From positions 6,267-70,266 of the forward strand of contig JAQXPH010000031.1 in NCBI GenBank assembly GCA_029100545.1: a stretch of DNA of 64,000 nucleotides, written 5' to 3'. The DNA comes from a bacterium. GTDB taxonomy: Bacteria; Bacillota_I; Bacilli_A; RF39; UBA660. The notes beneath the pieces are model-generated. The model did not search any database, was not told the origin of the DNA, and was given only the letters and a program-made list of their open reading frames with translations. The translations under genes were made by a program, and so were the position numbers. Below, in pieces: positions 58,036 to 64,000 of the stretch; position 1 is the first letter of the stretch; each line of letters starts with the position of its first letter.

Positions 58036-58896
58036 TTAACTTAATGCACTTTTAATATTTTCTACAAATTGATTCATAATATTAAAGTAATCATCATCGT
58101 CAAGTGATAAAGTTAATGAATCTACAATAATAGTTTTTGCATTATAATTATTTACAAGTTCTGTAACTATTTCATTATCAATATCAGTATCTAAACATAA
58201 TATATATTTATATTTGCTAGATTTAAATTTATTTTTAATATTATTTAGTCTAATTTCTTTTAAATTTTCTTCGTCTTGTAAACTTATTACATTGAAACCA
58301 TAATCATTTAAAAAGTTTAGTGTATTACTGCTAGTAATAATATTATTTTTTTCATTAGCATTTGATGCTATAGTTCTTAAATTAACATCAATTAGTGATA
58401 TTTTTTCTTCAAAGTCAGAATAATTATTATTAACTTCTTCAATAATGTATTTACTAGTTAAATAATTTGTTAAATTTTCTTTAATATTTTTTGATAACAT
58501 TAAATAATTTTTTGGACTTAACCATAATTCTTCAGAAGAATTATCAACATTTAAACCATATGATACATCAATAATTAATAAATCCTTATTTTTATTTATC
58601 AAAGTTTTTGCAGTTTCTTTTTCATTTGTTAAACCATTATAAATAAATAAGTCTGATTTTGCATAATAATCAATTTGTTTATCAGTTAAATTAAAAGTAC
58701 TTAAATCACAATCTTTCGGATAAATACTATCAATTGTTGAATATGCTCCATATAAATAATTAGTAACATACTTTATTGGATAAACTGTAGTATAAATTGT
58801 TGCACCTTCTAAATCATCTTTTTGTATTGTACAAGAGCATGTTATTAAAATAATAAGTGAAAATATTAAAATATTTTTTAAAAAACTTTTTTTCAT
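58036..58896 (-). CDS. metal ABC transporter substrate-binding lipoprotein-like protein (ZnuA/TroA cluster-9-like)
   Basis: A signal peptide with Cys (ILITCSC) is present and the early motif TTVYPIKYVTNYLYG fits the family. The size fits as well. No permease or ATPase gene is adjacent in the window. Confidence 0.45.
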   Translation of the reverse strand: MKKSFLKNILIFSLIILITCSCTIQKDDLEGATIYTTVYPIKYVTNYLYGAYSTIDSIYPKDCDLSTFNLTDKQIDYYAKSDLFIYNGLTNEKETAKTLINKNKDLLIIDVSYGLNVDNSSEELWLSPKNYLMLSKNIKENLTNYLTSKYIIEEVNNNYSDFEEKISLIDVNLRTIASNANEKNNIITSSNTLNFLNDYGFNVISLQDEENLKEIRLNNIKNKFKSSKYKYILCLDTDIDNEIVTELVNNYNAKTIIVDSLTLSLDDDDYFNIMNQFVENIKSALS

Positions 58897-58910
58897 ATAT
58901 CTCCTTTTAT

Positions 58911-59117
58911 TTATGGAACTGGGTCATAACCACATGGACCATTTGGGCGGCATTTTTTTAACCTTTTTAGCCCTAATTTTATGCCTTTTATTACGCCATA
59001 CTTATCAATTGATTCTATCATATATTCACTACATGTTGGGATAAAACGACACATTTTATGTGAATAACTTGGAAAAATTTGATAACCTCTAATTAAAAGT
59101 ATTATAATTTTTTTCAT
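58911..59117 (-). CDS. yidD: membrane protein insertion efficiency factor YidD
   Basis: The 68-aa protein carries the pattern YQ...S......CRFIPTCSEY ... RCRPNGPCGYDPVP. Confidence 0.9.
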   Translation of the reverse strand: MKKIIILLIRGYQIFPSYSHKMCRFIPTCSEYMIESIDKYGVIKGIKLGLKRLKKCRPNGPCGYDPVP

Positions 59118-59215
59118 ATCTCATTCACAATTTTTATTATACAATACTTTTTATAAATTTACAATTTATTTATATTATGGTATACTAAATTATGCGAAAG
59201 TAGTAGGGTGAAATA

Positions 59216-59863
59216 ATGGATTTTTTAAAAAAATATGGAATTGAAATTAATAATAAAAAACTTTTAATGATTGCATTAACTCATTCATCATATGCTAATG
59301 AAAAACATTTAGAACATTATGAAAGACTAGAATATTTAGGTGATTCAATATTGCAATTAATCATAAGTGAATACCTTTATAATCAAAAAGATTTAAAAGA
59401 AGGTCAAATGTCTAAAATTAGAGCTAGCTATGTATGTGAAGAAGCATTAAATGTATATGCTAAAGATGTAGGATATGAAAAATGTATTAAAGTTGGAAAT
59501 GGCTTACATGGAATTCCTAATAATACTATTATTGCCGATGTTTTTGAGGCAATACTTGCAGTAATATATCTTGATCAAGGCTTTGAAGTATGTAAAAAGT
59601 ATGTTTATGATGTTGTTGTTCCACATATAAAAAAGCAAGAAAGTCTTTTTTTAGATTATAAAACTATTTTTCAGGAATTAATTCAAACTTCTCAAAAATC
59701 AGTTGTATATGATATTGAAACAGTTAGTGAAGATTCTAATAATCCATTATTTAAAGCCAGTGCAAAAGTTAATGATATTATTCTTGGAGTAGGTATTGGA
59801 AAAACCAAAAAAGAAGCTGAACAAAATGCTGCGAAAGATGCATTAAAGAAAAGTGCAAGGTAA
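59216..59863 (+). CDS. rnc: ribonuclease III
   Basis: The signature ERLEYLGDSIL is present, and the C-terminal dsRBD reads GKTKKEAEQNAAKDAL. Confidence 0.93.
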   Translation: MDFLKKYGIEINNKKLLMIALTHSSYANEKHLEHYERLEYLGDSILQLIISEYLYNQKDLKEGQMSKIRASYVCEEALNVYAKDVGYEKCIKVGNGLHGIPNNTIIADVFEAILAVIYLDQGFEVCKKYVYDVVVPHIKKQESLFLDYKTIFQELIQTSQKSVVYDIETVSEDSNNPLFKASAKVNDIILGVGIGKTKKEAEQNAAKDALKKSAR

Positions 59864-59866
59864 AAT

Positions 59867-62788
59867 ATGTATATAAAAAGTATAAAAATCCAAGGTTTTA
59901 AATCTTTTGCTGATAAAACAGAGCTTAATTTTGATAAGGATATTAGTGCAATAGTTGGCCCAAACGGAAGTGGAAAAAGTAATATCGTTGATGCTTTGCT
60001 TTGGGTTTTAGGAGAACAAAGTGTAAAAACTCTTCGTGGCGAAGAAAAAATGAGCGATATTATTTTTAGTGGTTCCAAAACTAGAGATTCACTTAATAAA
60101 GCAAGTGTAAGTATTTTGTTTAATAATAGTGATCATACATTAAACTCTGAATTTAATGATGTTGAAATTAAAAGAACTATATATAAAACAGGTGAAAATG
60201 AATATTTTATAAACAATTCTAAAGTTCGACTTAAAGATATTACTAATTTACTTACTGATGTTTCTTCTAAATTTAATATTATTACTCAAGGTAATATAAA
60301 TGCTTTAGTTGATAATAAATCTTTTGAAAGAAGAGCATTATTTGAAAATGCAGCTGGAGTACTAAAATATAAAAAAAGAAAAGAAGAAACTTTAAAAAAA
60401 TTAGAAAATACAAAAGAAAATATTACCAGATTAGACTTAATAATTAAAGAGGTTTTAACAACTTTAAAACCATTAGAAAAGCAAAAAAAAGATGCTGAAA
60501 AATATTTAAAGATTAAAGGTAATCTTGAAAATATTGAATGTTCATTAATAGTAAATGATATTACAAAATATAAAAATAGTTATGATGAATTAAAAAATAA
60601 AAATGAAGTACTTACTAAAAAACAAGAATTTCTTTCTCCGAAAAGAGCAGATGAACTCGAAGATCTTAAATTAGAACTAATTAAAATAGATGATAAAATT
60701 TCTGAATATAATAATCAAATTATTCAAATTAATGATGATATTGCAAGATTACAAGGAGAAAAACAAATTAATTTAGAAAGAGTTAAACTAAGTGTTAATC
60801 AAGATAAAATTAATGAAAATTTACTTGTTTTAAAAGAAGAAAAACTTACTTATGAAAAGAAAATTGATGTATTACAAAATGAAATAAATTTATTAAAAGA
60901 AACATATAATAATTTAATTAAAGAATTTAATGATAAAAATAATGAAGAATTAAAACAAAAGATTAAAATTACAACTTTAAAAGCAGATTACAATGTAAAA
61001 TCAAAAGAACTTTTAAACCTTGAAAATAAGATTAATATAATAAAAACTAATCTTGAAAATAACTTATATTTACCAAAAAGTGTTAATTCTATTTTATCAT
61101 CAACACATCTTAAAGGAATTCATAATACTATAGGTAATATTATTAATGTTAATGAAGCACATAATGTAGCTATTTCAATGGCTTTAGGAGCATCTTCAAA
61201 CTTTATTGTTACATCCGACTTTGATAGTGCAAAAAAAGCAATTAATTATCTAAAAGAAAATAGATTAGGAAGAGCAACATTTTTTCCATTAGATATTATT
61301 AAATCAAGATATATATCTTTAGACATTCTTAATAAAATTAAAAATATTGATGGTTTTATTGGTATTGCTTCTGATTTAGTTGAATATGATACAAAATATA
61401 AAAATATTATTGAAAATCAGTTAGGTAATGTTATAATTGTAAATTCCCTTAATGATTTACAAATAGTAGGGAAGATATTAGATTTTAAATACAAAGTTGT
61501 ATCACTTGAAGGAGATATTATTTATCCAGGTGGTGCTGTTAGTGGTGGTGAAAATAAAACAATTTCTGATGATAAAATTATACTTGCAAAATTACAATCA
61601 GAATATAATGATAAAAAAGGATTATTAGAAAGTATTAATACTACATTAGAAAATAAAATAAGTAGCCATGATAAGTTATTAAACGAAATAACAAATATTA
61701 ATTCAAAAATTGTTCAAAATAGAATTATTATTGAAAATAAAGAAAAAAATATTTTAGAATTAAAAGATAAATTATCATATGTTGAAAATAATATAAAAGG
61801 TTTTGATAATCTTAATAATAATACTTTAAATGATGTAATTGAAAATATTTTAAAAACTTTAAATAATAAATCAAAAGAAAAAGAAATTATTGAAAATAAT
61901 ATAAGTGATCTAAGATCTAAAAAATTCGATATATCAGAAAAAATTGAAAGTACTGAGAAAGAAATTAATGAAATCAATACAACATATAATAAAAATATTA
62001 ATGATATTAAAAATAATGAAATTGAAATTGGTAAATTAGAAGTTAAAATTGATTCACTTCTTAATGCCCTTCAAAATGAATATAATATGAGTTATGAAAA
62101 TGCATTAACTAAATTTACTTTAAATATTGATGAAAATGAAGCAAGAGAAATTGTATACAATTATAAAAATGAAATTAAAACTTTAAATAATATAAATGTA
62201 GGCAGTATTTCTGAATATGATAGGCTTAAAACTAGATATGATTTTTTAGATAACCAAAAAACTGATTTAGAATCATCTTCTACAAAACTTTATGAAATTA
62301 TTGATGAAATGGATGATATCATGAAAAAAAGATTTAAAGCTACTTTTGATGAAATATCTAAAGAATTTTCAATATGCTTTCGAAAAATGTTTAAAGGTGG
62401 TAATGGAGTACTAAAACTAACTGATGAAAATGATTTATTAAATACTGGTATTTCCATTTTAGCGGTGCCTCCAGGAAAAAAATTAAATTCTACAGCAGCA
62501 TTATCTGGTGGGGAAAAAGCATTAACAGCCATATGCTTAATTTTTGCTATTTTAAATGTTAAACCAGCCCCTTTTGTAGTACTTGATGAAGTTGAAGCAC
62601 CTCTTGATGAAGAAAATGTTATTATGTTTGGTGATTATTTAAAAAGTATGAAAAATACTAGCCAATTTATTTTAATAACTCATAAGAAAAAAATGATGGA
62701 ATATGCTTCAAAGTTATATGGAGTTACTATGGAAGAAAGCGGTGTATCTAAATTAGTTTCAGTAAGATTAGAAAATAATATTAATTAA
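59867..62788 (+). CDS. smc: chromosome segregation protein SMC
   Basis: Walker A is GPNGSGKSN, followed by long coiled coils and a hinge. The signature is LSGGEKALTA and Walker B is FVVLDEVEAPLD. Confidence 0.93.
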   Translation: MYIKSIKIQGFKSFADKTELNFDKDISAIVGPNGSGKSNIVDALLWVLGEQSVKTLRGEEKMSDIIFSGSKTRDSLNKASVSILFNNSDHTLNSEFNDVEIKRTIYKTGENEYFINNSKVRLKDITNLLTDVSSKFNIITQGNINALVDNKSFERRALFENAAGVLKYKKRKEETLKKLENTKENITRLDLIIKEVLTTLKPLEKQKKDAEKYLKIKGNLENIECSLIVNDITKYKNSYDELKNKNEVLTKKQEFLSPKRADELEDLKLELIKIDDKISEYNNQIIQINDDIARLQGEKQINLERVKLSVNQDKINENLLVLKEEKLTYEKKIDVLQNEINLLKETYNNLIKEFNDKNNEELKQKIKITTLKADYNVKSKELLNLENKINIIKTNLENNLYLPKSVNSILSSTHLKGIHNTIGNIINVNEAHNVAISMALGASSNFIVTSDFDSAKKAINYLKENRLGRATFFPLDIIKSRYISLDILNKIKNIDGFIGIASDLVEYDTKYKNIIENQLGNVIIVNSLNDLQIVGKILDFKYKVVSLEGDIIYPGGAVSGGENKTISDDKIILAKLQSEYNDKKGLLESINTTLENKISSHDKLLNEITNINSKIVQNRIIIENKEKNILELKDKLSYVENNIKGFDNLNNNTLNDVIENILKTLNNKSKEKEIIENNISDLRSKKFDISEKIESTEKEINEINTTYNKNINDIKNNEIEIGKLEVKIDSLLNALQNEYNMSYENALTKFTLNIDENEAREIVYNYKNEIKTLNNINVGSISEYDRLKTRYDFLDNQKTDLESSSTKLYEIIDEMDDIMKKRFKATFDEISKEFSICFRKMFKGGNGVLKLTDENDLLNTGISILAVPPGKKLNSTAALSGGEKALTAICLIFAILNVKPAPFVVLDEVEAPLDEENVIMFGDYLKSMKNTSQFILITHKKKMMEYASKLYGVTMEESGVSKLVSVRLENNIN

Positions 62789-62843
62789 TATTTACAAAAT
62801 AGTGTTAAGTAATGTATAATAAAAATGTAAAGGAGAATTAATT

Positions 62844-63614
62844 ATGGAATCATTGAATAATTTATTACAAGAACTTGGGATATCAAAGGTTAAATTAGCA
62901 AAATATTTAGGTGTATCAAGACAAATGGTATATAACTATTTAACTTTTGATAATATAGATAAATGGCCTAAAGAGAAAAAAATATTATTATTTCAATTGT
63001 TAGAAATAGATTCAAGTAATTTCAAAGGTTTTGATAAATTAAATGTAACTACTGAATATATGCTAGCTGTTGAAAAAAAATTAAATAGTAATTATCAGAA
63101 AGAAGAAAATTTAATAAGTAATTTTGATTTATCAGGTGTTGATAAGGACGGAAAAGCATTATTATCAGATATTGTTTATTTATTAAAAGAAAAGTGGATA
63201 GATGGATCTGATGCTGAAAGAAGTACAGTAAAATATACTTATTATTTACTTCAATCAATGGATAATGTACCTGAAATAAAATATATTATGGCTTATATTG
63301 CCAAAACAAATGGTTTTATTAAACCTGAAGAATTTATGTATAATGAAGATAAACAATTCATTTTTGAGGGTATTTTATATTCGGGATTAAATTTATATAA
63401 TAATGGTAGTCCTTCAAAAAGTAAAGTTGCTGAATCTAGAAAAAGATTTATAAGAGAAATTGAACAAAAAAACGAAGAAAAAATGAGTCGTACACAAGCT
63501 TTAAATACTATTAAAATTCAAGCATTACATGAACTTGGATATAATGACATTAATGAGCAAAATGCCGCTGAAGTATTTGAAAAAATTGCAGAAATTCAGT
63601 CTCGTAAGGTATAA
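62844..63614 (+). CDS. helix-turn-helix (XRE-like) domain protein
   Basis: The N-terminal HTH reads ISKVKLAKYLGVSRQMVYNYL. The rest of the protein is unrecognised. Confidence 0.5.
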   Translation: MESLNNLLQELGISKVKLAKYLGVSRQMVYNYLTFDNIDKWPKEKKILLFQLLEIDSSNFKGFDKLNVTTEYMLAVEKKLNSNYQKEENLISNFDLSGVDKDGKALLSDIVYLLKEKWIDGSDAERSTVKYTYYLLQSMDNVPEIKYIMAYIAKTNGFIKPEEFMYNEDKQFIFEGILYSGLNLYNNGSPSKSKVAESRKRFIREIEQKNEEKMSRTQALNTIKIQALHELGYNDINEQNAAEVFEKIAEIQSRKV

Positions 63615-63617
63615 TAT

Positions 63618-64000
63618 ATGATGAAAAAAATTGATAAAAAACATATTAGTGTAGTAGGGGGAGTTTTAATATTTCTAATTATACTGTTTTTTATATATTT
63701 TTTAGAATTTCATAATAGGTTAGATATTAATAGTAATGAAGTAACTATGCTTTATGATTTGGTTGAATATGATATTAATTATTGTGATGGATTGGTTTTT
63801 TATCAAGATAATGAAGTAAATATTGATTCATTAAGTTATGATCAAAAAATGTGTTTAGCATATCAGAAATCTAATGATTATGAAGAAGATTATTTAAATA
63901 CCAATAAAAATAAAGAATATTGTAGTATTAATAAAAAAGAATTATTTTTAAAAGATGAAAATGAAAATTCATGTAAAATATCTAAAATAAATATAAATAT
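63618..64000 (+). CDS. hypothetical membrane-anchored protein, 3'-truncated by the window edge
   Basis: I read this frame as open from the ATG to the window end. It has an N-terminal TM segment (VVGGVLIFLIILFFIYFL). It is not in the supplied ORF track. Confidence 0.45.
   Translation, partial: MMKKIDKKHISVVGGVLIFLIILFFIYFLEFHNRLDINSNEVTMLYDLVEYDINYCDGLVFYQDNEVNIDSLSYDQKMCLAYQKSNDYEEDYLNTNKNKEYCSINKKELFLKDENENSCKISKININ

Overview
This is a very AT-rich chromosomal segment, about a quarter G+C by eye, from a spore-forming Firmicute that uses the standard genetic code. Most of it is housekeeping DNA with Bacillus-like synteny: pnp, mtaB, recD2, rpsD, hrcA-grpE-dnaK-(pepF)-dnaJ, tig, spoVB/comN/relA/dtd, spoVID/ysxE-like, ylbJ/ylbL-like, mutS, lemA/DUF2207, trmB, yidD, rnc-smc and five tRNAs. 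The stand-out feature is a complete diversity-generating retroelement (DGR) at about 31.5-36.0 kb. It consists of a target gene whose 3' end carries a GC-rich variable repeat (VR1, 33544-33667), an intergenic template repeat (TR, 33896-34019) made largely of AAC/AAT codons, an Avd-like four-helix-bundle gene and a DGR-type reverse transcriptase (RT). The RT has an IGxxxSQ motif and a YMDD box. It also carries a C-terminal extension resembling MutS mismatch-binding domain I, and it is translationally coupled to a Xer-like tyrosine recombinase. A second variable repeat (VR2, 3786-3912) lies about 30 kb away in a mosaic paralogue of the target gene. Both target genes are followed by the same GC-rich hairpin module. 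The two targets belong to a five-member paralogous surface-protein family in this window; one non-diversified member sits inside a prepilin-type pseudopilin operon. Secondary observations include two tandem paralogous sRNA-like units with a convergent small hydrophobic ORF (16.1-16.8 kb). There is also a hybrid histidine kinase lacking the phospho-acceptor His, three 33-bp-phased direct repeats downstream of the recombinase, and a double-CIRCE heat-shock promoter. All calls come from reading the sequence and ORF translations by eye. No searches were run.
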